Shown: in pieces, positions 26,070 to 40,400 of the stretch | Position numbering within the stretch: position 1 is the first letter of the stretch | Layout: every line of letters begins with the position of its first letter | From: Carcharhinus longimanus | Taxonomy: Eukaryota | DNA: 64,000 bases | Direction of reading: 5' to 3' | NCBI GenBank assembly: GCA_030264375.1 | Contig: JASCQW010000109.1 | Span: forward strand, 28,896,798 to 28,960,797 | Program-made: the position numbers and the translations under genes | Notes under the pieces: generated by a model | What the model was told of the DNA's origin: nothing | The model's database searches: none | The model's input: only the letters and a program-made list of their open reading frames with translations

Positions 26070-27745
26070 AGAGTCATTTAAGAGTAACTTAGACAGGCAC
26101 ATGACTGGGTTGGAGATGGGTGGATATAGGAGATTGTTTNNNNNNNNNNNNNNNNNNNNNNNNNNNNNNNNNNNNNNNNNNNNNNNNNNNNNNNNNNNNN
26201 NNNNNNNNNNNNNNNNNNNNNNNNNNNNNNNNNNNNNNNGTGGGTGGAGAGGGGGACTGGTGGTGTTGAGATGGCGGCGTGGGCTCGTTGGGCCGAAGGG
26301 CCTGTTTCCCGGGCTGGTTTCGTTCCTTGTCCTTTGTTCTTTGTCTTTGAACTGCCTTATTCATCTCCAAAACCTCTCTTAATAAAATTCTTCATTGTAG
26401 CTGGAGATTTCAGTTGGGTTGGAGAAGTTCTAGAGCAAGTTAAGATTTAATCAAGAGGAGATATTATGCTTTAGAAGGCATAAAGGTTCATTAATTTCCA
26501 GGGCCTGATGAGATGCATCATAGGCTGCTATGGGAAGCAAGAGAAAACATTGCAGGAGCCCTGACAGAGATATTGCAATTTTGAAAAACACAATTAAATC
26601 TGTCTCTTGTATCCTGGAATTGAACTAAGAATTTGTCTTGGTTGAGGGAAGTGAAGGTATTATTGCCAAGTTTGCAGATGCCACAAAAATAAGTGTGAAG
26701 GCAAATGGCACAGATGACACAAAAAGTGTAGAGAGGGATATCAACAGGATAATTGAAAAGTTGGCGGATGGAAAATAATGTAGAAAAATGTGAAGTGATG
26801 CGCTTTGGTAAGAAGAATAAAGGAGCTGAATATTATTATAAATAATTGTGCCCCAGCACTGGCCCCTGTGACACGCTACTAGTTACAGGTTGCAATTCTG
26901 AGAAATGCCCCTCTTATCACAACACTCCATCTTCTATGAGTCAATTCTCTATCCATACTAATATATAATGCCCAACATCATATTATATAACATTTTGTGC
27001 AGTACCTTATCAAATGTTTTGGAAATCCAGGTATACTACAACTACTGGTTCCCCTTTACCTATCCTGCTCATTACCATCTCAAAGAATTCTAATAAATTT
27101 GTCAGGCATGATTTCCCCTTCATGCAGCCATGCTGACTCTGCTTGATTATATTATGAGCTTTTACTTTACACAGTTTTAACACCCTACATTCTGGTCTCC
27201 CTATTTGAGGAAGGATGTGATGACATTGGAGGCAGTTCACAGGAGGTTCACCAAATTGATTCCAGGGGTGAGGAGGTTGACATATGAGGAGAGATTAAAC
27301 AATTTGGGTTTATACTCACTGGAGTTTAGCAGTATATAATCAAATATATATGATCAAAATATATAAAATTCTGAAAGGGATTAACAGAGTAATGTAAACA
27401 GAATGTTTCCTCTGATGGGGCAATCTTGAACAAGAGGTCATAGGTACAGGTTGAGAGACAGCAGATTTAAAATGAAGATGAGGAGGAACTATGTTTCGTG
27501 GAGGATGGTGAATTTGTGGAATTTGCTGCCCCATAACGCAGTGGAATCTGAATCATTAAATGGTTTTATCTAGGAGATAAATATATTTCTAATAACAAAC
27601 GGGTAAAAGGGATATGGGGAACAAGTGGGGAAGTGGATTTGAGACCAGGAAGAGATCAGCCATGATCTGATTGAATGGGGGAGCAGGCTCAAAGGGATGA
27701 ATTTGCCTACTTCTGCTCCTAATTCTTATAATCCTATGTTCCTAA
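26070..27745. mobile_element. Cluster of CR1 fragments in both orientations
   Basis: KFADATK (about 26670, +); QHG.MKGKSCLTNLLEFFE..VVYLDFQ (27010-27150, -); 3' end 27180-27745 (+). Confidence 0.85.
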
Positions 27746-29678
27746 TTTTGGAAACAACAATTGAATCTGCCTCATATATGCTGGAAGTGAACTAAGAATT
27801 TGTCTACTTACAATGAGACATGCTGCTTTGGAAGGGGTATCCCAAGTTAAACACAGCTATATCTGGCAAACATTATCATACATTGGAAGTTATCTGCTAC
27901 AGCACTGGTTGATTATACAATAATGTATCATCTGACAAATAGTGTATCAACCTGAGCAATATCACAGAAGATTCTCATTATTCAGACATTTTATAACAAC
28001 ATTGAAAAATCCTCAAATGAACGAAGAATGGTTAATAGTTATGCAATCTGACATGTCTGATTGCCTCAAAACTACAGTTATTCTCTCAGGTTTTTCACTT
28101 TGGAAGAAGAAACCTGATATTTTTCATTAACCAGGTTTTGATTACAGGAACCTGAATTAATGGAGGAGCTTCCACCATTCACTATCCATTTCAATAAACT
28201 TTTATTTGCTCAAAATTAAATATAAGGTATAGAGGAAAAGATGAAACCCAAATGCTCCCTTGTATCAAACATGGCTATGGTTACATTACTCAAAACCACA
28301 ACAAAGGCTTCACTATTGTCTTGTTATTTATTATAGTTTCATTTTCTTCAGTAATATGAAAACATAATGGGTATTAACCTACTTGAGAAACTGAAATGAA
28401 GAAACCAGGAACCAATGATAGCCGTGCTTAATGATGCCATTGTGGCTTTTAACTGAATTATTATGATACACAGCTTATGTATTATTTTAAAACACTGCAG
28501 GGGGCTGATGAGAAAAATATGCTGTCTTCCACAGCATACATCAGGGGATAAATCACATAAATAATCAACATTATTGTGTGCCTAAACGTCAGGCTTCTGA
28601 TTAAATACAAGAGGTCACGCAATGTCATTCTTTTATATTACTCTATTGGCAAAAGAACCAGAGGCTACATGAGAATCTTTTATTTTTATGCAGAAAGCCG
28701 TCCTGATTACAATAAACACTGCCTGAGAAGCTAATAAAACCAACTTCAGTAGTAATTTTCAAAAGTGAAAACTGGGCAAATGCTTGAAGGGAAAGATATC
28801 AGAAGAAAGAGGAAAGGGAATGGATTCACTGAATAGATCCGCCAAAGAATCAGCACAAGTATTCTGGGCTAAATGGCTTCCTTCTTTGGAGTATTGTATG
28901 ATGCTCTACATGGCATCGTGATGCAGAAAAAGTTGTCTTGTCAGAAATTTGGAGAAATCTACATTCTGCAGCATAATCATCGACATTTGATCATAAAACA
29001 ACTCACAGGATATAACTAAGAGAACCAGCGAAAAAGATTAAATACGATGTAAGTCCATCTAAGACACAAATCAGGTTTAATATCATTAAAACGTTTCCGT
29101 CTCCATGACATCAGTTTCATGTAATGAGGTATTTAGTTAACACAGTCGTACATACTATATTACTATTGGCAAGGAATTAGTTATCTTCAGTTGGAAAATT
29201 TAGATCTATATACAGTAAACTTGATGGGCTAAATGGCCTCCTTCCACATTGTAGGGATCCTACGATTCTATGACTCATTTTGAGAGTGAAAGCTGATATT
29301 GATCCAGATTTTTACCATGATGGAGACCCACTCCATCTTGATGAAAATAGTGGAAATGGCCAGAGATTTTTAAGTCAAACCCTTGAACATTGAAATTTCC
29401 AATCTTGAAAGTGCAAGACGAGTTGGCCAGAGTTCACACATGTGCAGTTTACAGTGAGAGCTGGCCATGTAAAACACCAGCTGTCTCCACTTCAGTGGGT
29501 TTTTGGTAGGCCAAGAGTGTCAAACTCAAAGTGTGTAGATTAAACCAGGTAGGAGCAGCTCTGAACTTGGGTGGATTTGTTCAAAGAGACAAAATAGCCA
29601 TTGGAGAGGTGAGATGTCTCTTTAGATATAGTCCTCTGGGAGGTGTAGCAGCCCTTTGGGAGAGGAAAACATACTTTA

Positions 29679-29749
29679 GAACATAGAACATAGAACATTA
29701 CAGCGCAGAACAGGCCCTTCGGCCCACGATGTTGCGCCGACCAGTTAAA
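29679..29749 (-). mobile_element. CR1 3' end
   Basis: (GAACATA)n followed by cagcgcagaacaggcccttcggcccacg. Confidence 0.8.
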
Positions 29750-31289
29750 NNNNNNNNNNNNNNNNNNNNNNNNNNNNNNNNNNNNNNNNNNNNNNNNNNN
29801 NNNNNNNNNNNNNNNNNNNNNNNNNNNNNNNNNNNNNNNNNNNNNNNNNCGCCGACCAGTTAAAACAATGACCCACTAACCTAAACCAATCCCTTTTCGT
29901 CCATAAACCTATCCACGGATCTCTTATAGGTACGACAACCTTTAGGAGAGGGAAGGCACTCTTTGTGATTGTTAAAAGTAAACATGACTGCGTGAAAGAA
30001 GTGCATGAAGTCATTGGAGCTGTCACATCTGTCAAAGAACTGTGAAGGAGCAGTCAAAGCTGTAAAATCTGCCAAGGTTGTCACGGAGCTGTCAAAGCTG
30101 TCAAAGAGCCGTTGAAATATATTTGGTGAGTTGGCACGGTGAGGCTAATCGCAAAAAGTGACGGATATGTCATGGATTAGCATGAGTTGCCACTAAATTA
30201 GCAAGAAGTTATAGAGGACTATGGGAATTTTGGAGGATTAAGTTGTATGAAAGGTCATAGGGAGTGGGTAGAGAGGCATATGTTGGCATGGGGGTTAAGA
30301 AGTACTATGTGTCATGGGTGTGGGCATGAAAGGACATAGATTCATAGGTTAGCATGGCTGGGGTATGGTTGGGGTACTGAGGGATAGTGAGGGGTGGGGT
30401 CCAGAGGGCCAAAGAATGACCTTTTACTTCATTCTTTTTAAAAATAAATTAAACAAAATGCTGGTGCACAGAGGCAGGCCTTTCACCCAGTTCACCTCCA
30501 CACTCGACAGCCAGAGGTAGGGCTTGCACCCAGCCCACCTCCACACCTGGAAGCTTCTGCACTCATTCCATAGGGGAATGGGCCAGACCACATCCCCAGA
30601 GTTAAAATCCAAACAGCAGGTGGTCATTTTTAAAGTTGAGTTTGACCTGGGGCAAAAATCTGGGCCCATAACCTTTGGTTCCTGAGTAATTGGTAACAAA
30701 GAGGTGAATTTTAAACTTTTCAGCAGAGGTGGGGGATGGACTGGGGGTTAAAACAGTTCTACAAAAAATTGCATGGTTCATCAACCCCTGTCCCAGACTG
30801 TTAAAGATGCCAAATTTATTGGCCAATTAGCAGCCACCCTGTGGAAAGTTGACCAACCACCTGTGAGAAGGGTGGCTAGTGTAACCAATTAGGGCTTCAG
30901 AGCACACTGTCCAGGGAGAGAGAGATAGGGCCTCAAAATAGGTCATGGTCACTCATTTAAAAACACCCTGGCAATGGTTGGTGGAAATTCTGTGGTAATT
31001 ATTGGTCTGGAGGCAGAAGTTTGGATCAAGAATATTTGCAAATCCATTGACCTATTGGAATATTGGAGGAACAGCAAATAAGAGCCTGTTGTTACATTTT
31101 AGTGACTATTGTGCCATTAATGTAGCAGTTGCACTGTTGCTAGAGGGGGTCAGGTCATTTGAGCAGATGGTCCCATCACCCTAATGAATACGCCAGTTTA
31201 GGGAAAGACTTGACTTTCTTTTAACTTTCTTTGTCTTTCCACACAGGGTCAATGTGCCCCATATTGTGGACTTAATGGGAGGACCAACT

Positions 31290-31525
31290 GTTAAGATGCC
31301 CAAACCAAAGATGGCCCCAAAAGACATTCTGCCTGTCCTCCTCCATGCTGTGAGTGATCAGTGAGAGGTCCTCATCCCTTTGCTGGGAAGAGAAGATCTC
31401 CCACTAGCTAGACAAAAACACCCAGGACAGTGGTGACAGAGGGATCAAGCAGCATTGGGGGCATCCACAGGACATGGCTGCAATGCTGTAAAACTATCAA
31501 TGACCTCTCGCAATCTGTCAGGATG
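31290..31525 (+). mobile_element. Harbinger Myb/SANT-like ORF fragment
   Basis: LLHAVSDQ*EVLIP...HRTWLQCCKTINDL matches the RT..QC.KR.NDL third-helix motif. Confidence 0.7.
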
Positions 31526-32217
31526 ACTGTGTAACCATTTTTCATGTGGACCTATGTAGAAGAGAGTAAGTGTCTTGACGAAATGCACAAGGCAGCAGGA
31601 AGCAGATATGTCACTCTGCATGGCAATCAGGGATTCAGGGTGAATGAGTGCTTATGGATTGCAACACCTATTACTTAATAAAGCTCATTGAGAATCTTTG
31701 ACTGCCAAGAAAGTACATTGTGGGCACTCAACTGAAAACATGATCTTCCAAGCAAAATCATGACAACAAGCGAATTCATCCCTTTTTTACTTACAGGAGA
31801 GCAAACAATTCTGAGAGAGGATTCATTTTCCCTCTTCCAGAAGATTAAGTGCAGGAGTTGGCAATAAACAGTAGAGTTACACCATTAGATGAGGAGATGT
31901 TGGAAGCCATTCCAGGGTAGTGAGATCACAAGGGTGCATAGAAGGATAGTGATGTAGCAAGGCAGGGGTGGTAAGAGGTCAGCTGCCCGTCTGCCATTGA
32001 CACCAATGCTTCAGAGTGCCAAAGTGATAAATGAGGTAAAGTAGATGACGCATGCGGAGGTAGCATTGAGGGGCATAGATCTTGGGAGCTTTTGGAACAA
32101 TGTTGTAAAGGTTGAACCCTGGTTTCCTTCTCCCAGTGGTGTGTGTGTGAGTCTAAGAACTGTGTATCTGTGAAGTCACCTCAAATGATAATAGTGCTTT
32201 TCATTCTTGTTGTTGTC

Positions 32218-32809
32218 GCTGCCTCTCTGCCATTGACATAAATCCTTCAGAGTGCCAGAGTGATAAATGAGACTCCTGGCATATTCCCAGATGAAACAGT
32301 AGCAGCTTCAGCCACCAACCCGGAGGGTCATCATTAACCTGTAAGGGGGAGGAAATCTCAGAGGATACAGAGTCACAACCCTGCTCCATATTTAGCACAA
32401 GCACAGATTCATGCACCTCAATGAGGATGCATGATCGTAGTGTGAGCGCTTCACAGTCATCTGACCGCTGTTGGAAACTGAAATAGTGCAGCTCTGGCAA
32501 TGGCAAGAATGTTGGAGGCAATCTAGATACTGAGTCCCAAGCTGATGACAAACTTCAGGAGTTGCCCTTCAGGTGGCAGGTGCTGGACATACCACATAGG
32601 GCAAGGTGTCAAGAGTTGCAGCTACGTCCTGGTTCCTCTCAGAAAAGCAATGAAGGGCAAAAGGGTTGGGAGCATGGGGGGCGGGTGGGCGGCAATGGTG
32701 TGTGTGTTACTTTTTGACATACTTCTGATGGGGTCAGCTGCCTCTCTGCCATTGACATAAATCCTTCAGAGTGCCAGCGTGATAAATGAGACTCCTGGCA
32801 TATTCCCAG
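32218..32809 (+). repeat. 73-bp direct repeat pair (32218-32290 and 32737-32809)
   Basis: One mismatch between the copies; a more diverged third copy lies at 31977-32035. Confidence 0.9.
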
Positions 32810-33761
32810 CATTCTGGGGTATCTTGTTCTCATGGAAACAAAGGATACCAGCCAAGATTATCCCAAGCAAAAAGGTCTGTGTCCAGTACAGCTGGCGATG
32901 AGGTGGGGAGCAGCACACCATAACACCCATAAAAAAAATGAAAACCTCATCATTAATCACGCAGGGGTAACACAAATAATTATTTTATAAAGATGATCCC
33001 AAACTCAAATAGTGAAACCGTACTCTGAGAAAATGACTGGAATTTTCCACTTGTTCATACCAGCAAGATCTTCTGGTCCCACCAGCAGTGTACTCCCGCC
33101 ATGGGCTTCACTCTCTTCAAACAACAAAAACAGTTTTATTTTTCCTTGATACTCAAAAACCCATCCATACCATCTTTCCATTACCCTTTGTCAAAAATTA
33201 AAATTTGTTTATCTGCCTAAACTTTAGGTAACTTTCCCTTTTAAAATGAGCCGCTGTTACATGCACTCAAATTATTTAATCAATTCAATATCAGGAGCAG
33301 TTATATCCAGGCTTGTTAAAAAGTCAAGTTATCAGTGGTGCCTGCAGTCGGTGTAGAAGTTAAATGTAATGAACCACAAACACTTCAGCTCTGAAGGTAA
33401 CAAAGAATAATAAATAAGTCTGAATTAGCTACTGTTTTTTAGGAGGGCAATGTGTTTAGTCCCCAGTTATCACAATGTTGTGATAAACAATCTTGAACTC
33501 TTGAGGCTTGTTGCCTATGATTCATAGAACAAAGAACAAAGAAAACTATAGCACAGGAACAGGCCCTTTGCTGCCCCCCCCACCCCCCCGAGCCGGTGCT
33601 GATCATGATGCCCTAACTAAACCAAAAGAAAACCTTCTACCCTTACATGGACCAACTNNNNNNNNNNNNNNNNNNNNNNNNNNNNNNNNNNNNNNNNNNN
33701 NNNNNNNNNNNNNNNNNNNNNNNNNNNNNNNNNNNNNNNNATTAATGTTGGTCTAGATATA

Positions 33762-34087
33762 TAGAATCATAGAATCCTTACAGTGCAAAAGAAGGCCATT
33801 CAACTCAACATGTCTGCACCAATAACAACCCCACCCTGGCCCTATCCCCGTAACCCATGCATTTACCCTGCTAGTCCCCCTGACACTAATGGGCAATTTA
33901 GCATGACTAGTCAACATAGCCCGCCTTTCTTTGGAGTGGAGGAGGAAAGTGGAGTACCTGAAGGAAAGTCATGCAGACACGGGGATAACGTGCAAACTCC
34001 ACACAGACAGTGACCCAAGGTTAGAATTGAACCTGGGTCCCTGGTACTGTGAGGCAGCAGTGCTAACCACTTTGCCACCATGCAGCC
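33762..34087 (-). mobile_element. HE1-type V-SINE
   Basis: tagaatcatagaatc tail through gtgctaaccact head, reverse orientation. Confidence 0.85.
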
Positions 34088-35011
34088 CATGTTTGTCAAT
34101 TAAAAACAATCATAGTCTCCATTACATATAAATTCTCAACCAGCAAATCCAATGTGTAACGAATTAAACTGATAAATAGGAAATAGTTAAATCTCTGCCT
34201 ATTGGAAAAAAGGGCAGAGCAAATTTTTCAGATGTAATGGCATCATCACTGCTCCTTATAAAAACTAAGGAATACGTGGCTCTTCTTAAAGAGCATTGTA
34301 AATTCCAAGTTTTAGTTCCTTTTCAATGACAATTTGAACTCAGAGCAGGCAGGATTACTCCATGCTGAAATTGTTTATTTCCAAATTCCAATGCATATAC
34401 TTTGATCTTAAAATTTTCCATTTACTTGATGAGAATTGTGTTCAGAGTAACTTCCCAAATGTTGATCATTATTACTCTGTATATGTATATAGTGATTGTG
34501 ACCAGCAACCATACCCAAGATTAAAAAATTTCAAACATTTACCTTCTTTCAAATTACACTTTTAATCCAGCTCACAACTCTCATTTGATTTTAAACTCAG
34601 TGTTGAAACTACTATTACAAAATCACATTTTGGGGTAAAAAAACATTAAACCAAGAAATACACAGCAAAGAAAAATCCACACAAATTCTTTATTTGACAC
34701 ACACACTCATTCACTCATGGAAGCTACATACACACATATCCACAGCATTCAGCACTGCTCTCATCAGTCTTTCGCAGCCACAGATAGTCTTTGAAGTTAG
34801 GTTAAACCAAAGTGTGAAGCACAACATTTATTGCCCCAGAATCAGTACTCTCCTACCAGAACAAAGCAATTGCTTTGTCAAATTCTCTATCATTTTATCA
34901 CAGCCTATCCTTCTTCTCACTTAACCTCATTCAAAAACAAGCCTATACATTAAACAAGACCTAACCTTTAAACAATTAAGAGAGCCAAACCACAAAGGGT
35001 TAACTAGGGGC

Positions 35012-35252
35012 TGCACTGCTGCTTCACAATGCCAGGGACCTGGATTTGATTCTTGGCTTGGGTCCCTAACTGTTTGGAGTTTGCATGATCTCTCGTGTCT
35101 GTGTGTGTTTCCTCTGGGTGCTCCAGTTTCCTCCCACATTCTGAAAGATGTGCTGGTTAGGTACTTTGACCTGAACAGATGTCAGACTGTGACAATGACT
35201 TCATTGCAGTGTTAAGGTAAGCCTTAGTTGTGACTAATAAATAAAATAAACT
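35012..35252 (+). mobile_element. V-SINE, alternative-tail subtype
   Basis: Head, V-domain and ttcattgcagtgttaaggtaagcc..ttgtgactaataaataaa tail. Confidence 0.8.
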
Positions 35253-36438
35253 AATAGAATTCAATGGCATGGGTGCTAAACACAGATCCACAGACAAGTA
35301 AGATCACACAGACACTGTAACACACAAACAAAAACTTAGTCAAACATAACTTTTCCATTTCACACAGCATGTTAACTTTATTTGAGAGCTAACCATTCTC
35401 AATGGTTGATCACCATTCATACTTATATTTATTACCATCCCTTTGTACACAAGCAATAGCTACATCTGCAGAAATGATCAGTTTAAACACATGGTTAACC
35501 ATTCACTCTTGCTACTTTACTTTATGTTGAATGAATGCCAAAATCACCTGGACAGAACCTGCACCTCAAAATCTGAACAGATAATACATAGGCTCTTAAC
35601 TCCTTGACATCATCGCCTAAACATACCCTGTCTAGTTTTCTCTGGAAGGATAAAAACAATAAATCTTTCCTCTCATTATCTGACATTTCTTCTATGCTTC
35701 CGTTCAAGCAGAACAGAATCACATTGCATTTCAAGCAGTTGATTCCTAGATCCCAATTATCATTTGTTATGGACTTCAGCATTCCACAAACATAAAATAA
35801 CAGAAGAGGTTCAGTAAAGGCATGTTTTTCATTATTTCTGTGAGGCTTGGAGGAACATAGCTCCTCCACCATGACCCAGAAAAATAAGCTGATGCTCTGA
35901 TCTTGAGAAACCGACACCTCCAAGATCTGGAGCCAACCAATATTGGGAAGACACAATACTGCCAATAAACTTCTGCATGATTTGGAAACTTGACTCAAAA
36001 GGAGGACCTGAAATTCACAGCTACCTCTTCATTGCGGGTACAGACAACCAGCTGGTCAGACCCTCAAAACTCTCGACACACTGCAAGATGGTGAGCATTA
36101 GATTTTCATAGTTTATATCTTCAGTTTTACTGAAGTAGCATTCAAGTTCTATGTGATCCTCTGACCAGTTTAATGCATCTGTGTACACTGAGAGTATTAC
36201 CTGTTAGAAAATGAGGCGAGACACATCCCATCCAGGCATTTTGAAAGTGTATGAAGAAAGTCTAAAATTGCAGTCGTTTCTGAAATATGGCTCTCTATTT
36301 AACATCAACAGAAATAGCATATCAAATATGGGACACTTCAATATGCAAATGGCTAGGCTAGAGAAACCTAATCCCTCTATTCGTTTATTAAAGATGATGA
36401 CATGAAGCCATTCCAAATAATATCTTAGTAAAATAATC

Positions 36439-36515
36439 AAAATACTATAGGTGCTGGAATCTGAAACAAAAACAGAGAATACTGGAAACACACAGCAGGT
36501 CTGGCAGCATCAGAA
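36439..36515 (-). mobile_element. Truncated copy of the short Penelope-derived element
   Basis: gtgctggaatctgaaacaaaaacagagaatactggaaacacacagcaggtctggcagcat matches 44890-44948. Confidence 0.7.
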
Positions 36516-39094
36516 AACAAATGTTTTGATTTGACTCTTAATACCTTAGTAATATTATCCTCAAGAATTACAGGTCATTTAATTTAAAATGTTTCAATCT
36601 GATTGAGTACAAGTAAAGGAAAGATGCCTGAAAGACTATAACTGAGAAATATGTAATGGGATTTACAGAAGATATAAAAAAAACTAATAGAAGATAAAGT
36701 ATAACAAACAAAACCTGAAATAATAAAAGTCATGACAAAAAAAGTACTTCTGTGGTGTCGCTGCATGTTTTCAGTGTAGTCCAGTAACTTTGGAGTAAAG
36801 GTTGTTAGTTACATCATTAAAAGAATTAAATCTATAATTAAAAATTCTCCACAACATGAAAATAGAAATTTTAAGAACTAAAGCACTAATACAAATGCAT
36901 TGTTACCCTCTGCCTAATCTTTGTTTACACAATTGTATTGTATCAAATGGGTTTCACTAAAATTGAAAAACTATCTTTTTTTTCCCACTGAGCAAGTCTG
37001 GGCTAGACAGTTACATATACAACATGTACTTTATAATAACATTTACACAATGGTACATTTGAAGCTTTGCTAATAGTTTATGTTACTTCAATTTGGAAAT
37101 ATTGCTGTTATCCCAATAACAACGCTAACCCATCAATATACTATGACGGAGGAATTTTTGCTTCTCACTAAATGCCCGAAGGGCAATGCTTACCAGTAAA
37201 ATTAATGAGAAAGCAACATTGCCAACTTTAACATTCTAGTAATAAAGCATACTCACATTCTTTGAACATTTAAGCAAATGCAAATTAAGCAGAAACAGTT
37301 TGAGCAATCAAGAATTGTGTGATACATGTCACTGATTTCTGGTTTGGGTCTATCTTGCATTCCAATTCATGAATTCCTTGATAATTTTTCAGACATGTTT
37401 GATTTGCAATGTCTGTGGTGGTCTCATCCATTCGTATTTTGTCTGAGTGCTGAATGTTTCAGATCTCAGTAGCTGAACTGAGAAATATCTGGAAAGAGCA
37501 CCCTGCAAAGAAAAGCACCTCTGAAGCAAATAAATTCATTACAAATTCTACAAAAGGACAATGGGCTGAACTATTACTTTTTGGGGTCGGGTTTGGGAAT
37601 AGCAGGAGCCAAGTCCATTTACAGCTTCCAAATGTACTCCTGAGGGAAATGATCACTCGTTGAAATGTTAATGGTGCACCCCCTTTAACTGGCATGGAGA
37701 CAAGTTCCCTGTTCATTTAAGAGATGCAAGCAGATTTCTGAAAGTGGAGGCCAATCAAAGGCCTTCCAGTTTCAGAGAAGCACTTGAGTGCTGTTAAAGG
37801 TAAGGAATTGAGAGAGAATCTCACCAGCAGAGAGGACAGAAAGGGCTGGGGGAAGGGAAGAATCCCTTATAACAGGGTGCATTATGACTCCACCCTCACC
37901 TATCCAGAAAGGAAGTCACGTAGGCTTCTGCCTAGAGATTTGGCATTCTGGCCTGCCACTGGGTAACTGCCTCTAGGCAGTTTCACATTTGGAAACTGAG
38001 GGACAACTGGAAAATCTCAGTAGCCCCCTCCATTAATTACTCTTAACAAGACTCTTTACAAGCCTCGACAACAAAATAGCTGACACTGTGAAAAGGGTTA
38101 GAAATTTGGAACACCAGCCTGCCTCATAATTTTCAGACCCCATTTGCCTCTGTTCTCAACCTTAGCAGGGCCTGATAACTCCGCTTAAATATCTCTTGTA
38201 GAAAAATGAATTAAGCTCAAAACAAATTAAGCCTTAAAAATGTTTTCAAGGGTACCAAGGTTTGTGGAACAAAGACAGGCCAATTAAATTAATGTGCAGG
38301 TCAGCCATAGTCTTAAAAAAAAGACAAAACAGCTGAAAAGATTCAAGCCTATTTCTGTTCCAGTCATCCTACTGTTGTGATAAATGCAAGGCAGAAATCC
38401 TTGAACCAACTTTCCTATCACAGTACAATCTAGATTGAAAGACGTACACATGATGATACACGAAACCATTTTATAGGAACACAAAATAAAAAGTGACGTC
38501 GTTACTGGAACAAATACAGGTTTTGTGACTGGGTAATTCTACACTAGCGGAACAAATTTCTGTTTGATAACAACATCAAATTTTAACAGTTCACACTTTG
38601 TACAGGGACTACTGTTGATATAAGATGCAATATTAAACTTTTACAATTGGATGTTACGACATGCCAGGTAGTTTAAAAGCCCGCTGTTTATTATTGACGG
38701 ACAGAAGCAACATTTCAGATGTCACTGTAATCAGTCATAATGGGGGATGAGCTGTGCTGTTTGCAGTTTGCTCTCTTGAAGAACAACAAGAACGTACTAA
38801 TCTTGAATCATTGTTACTGACAAAAACAGATTAAAGTACTGATATTCCAGCAAATGGTTGAACTTTGATGACTAAGCTTATGTCAGCAGCTCCTTCCAAC
38901 CTCTTGACCTCCATCACCAAGGAGAATGACAGGAGTAATAAAATATAAAAGGTTATCACATCCAAAGCATATATCATCTTGGCTGAGACAGTTATCATTA
39001 TTTCTTCACCGTCTCAATCAAAATCCTGGAATTCTATTTCGGGAGCAATATCAGCACAAGGATCACAGTGCAAGCAGGAAAACAAACATCATCA

Positions 39095-40400
39095 GTGGGG
39101 TGAGGGGAGGAGAGGAAGAGAACGTGTGTGTCTGAAGGGTGGGGAGGAAGACAGTGTGCGTGAGAGATGGAGTGGAAGAGAGTGTGTGTGAGTGGTAGGG
39201 GAAAAGAGAGTATGCGAGACTTGGATGAAGAAGGAGTGTGTGCAAGGGATGGGGGAAGAGAGAGCGTGTGTGTGAGGGGTGGAGATGAAGTGAAAGTGTT
39301 TACAAGGAGTGGGAGAAAAAAGACAGTGGGGACGATCTTACCTTGTCACCCCACCAGTCGATGGACAGGGCAAACTGTTAAGATTGTGACAGAGCCAAGA
39401 AATCAAGTTTGTTCCCGATTTTTCGCTTCTCACGATCTTACCATGACTGGATATGCAGCGACATCAGTCTTGCACTTGAAAAGAGTGTGAGGCTGATTGT
39501 AATATTTAAATTCCATTTAAAATAGAATTTAAATATTAGATGTGAGCCCGGAACGCAATCGTCTGGGCTCACTTGCCTTAGTGACCTCTCTGATGAAGGT
39601 CTTCATCAGTGAGGATCACATATGGTTCCCAACAAAGGGGAGCTGTCGGGTTAGCCTCACTAGTAAGACCAGAGCTTATTGAGGCCCCCATAGAAGGTCA
39701 GGGCAGGGGGATGCTCCTTGGGCAGTGCCAGCCTGACATGGCCAGCCTGACACCCTAGCAGTGCCCACTGGACAACCAGCAATCAACCGNNNNNNNNNNN
39801 NNNNNNNNNNNNNNNNNNNNNNNNNNNNNNNNNNNNNNNNNNNNNNNNNNNNNNNNNNNNNNNNNNNNNNNNNNNNNNNNNNNNNNNNNNNNNNNNNNNN
39901 NNNNNNNNNNNNNNNNNNNNNNNNNNNNNNNNNNNNNNNNNNNNNNNNNNNNNNNNNNNNNNNNNNNNNNNNNNNNNNNNNNNNNNNNNNNNNNNNNNNN
40001 NNNNNNNNNNNNNNNNNNNNNNNNNNNNNNNNNNNNNNNNNNNNNNNNNNNNNNNNNNNNNNNNNNNNNNGTAATTTTGCCCTACCTTCCGGCGCCCCGC
40101 CCCCCCCCCGCCCCCCCCCCCCCGCCACCCCCCCCCCCCCCCGCCCCCACACACACACACACACACACACACATACAGTGTATGGGAGGGTGGGCTGAGG
40201 AGAGAGAGAGAGAGATAGAGAACATGTATGTGGGGTGGGGAGGAAGAGAAGGTGTGCAAGGGGTGAGATGAAGAGAGAGTGTTTATGAGGAGTAGGGGGA
40301 AAAGAGAGTGTGTGCAAAGGGTGGGGGGGAAGATAGAGTGTGTGAGTGGTGGGGTGGAAGCAAGAGTGTGCATGAGGTGGGAGGGAAGAGAGAGTGTGCA
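39095..40400. repeat. GA/GT-rich low-complexity tract split by a palindromic insert, a gap, poly-C and (CA)n
   Basis: The same gagagtgtgtg-type units occur at 39100-39325 and 40180-40400. Confidence 0.75.

Noticed and set aside
30015-30115. Recurring gctgtcaaag-like motif
   Set aside because: Short degenerate tandem repeat without spacer structure; not a CRISPR-like array.
39585-39614. CTGATGA within a palindrome (possible hammerhead or snoRNA)
   Set aside because: No GAAA core follows; it is a simple hairpin within a MITE-like insert.
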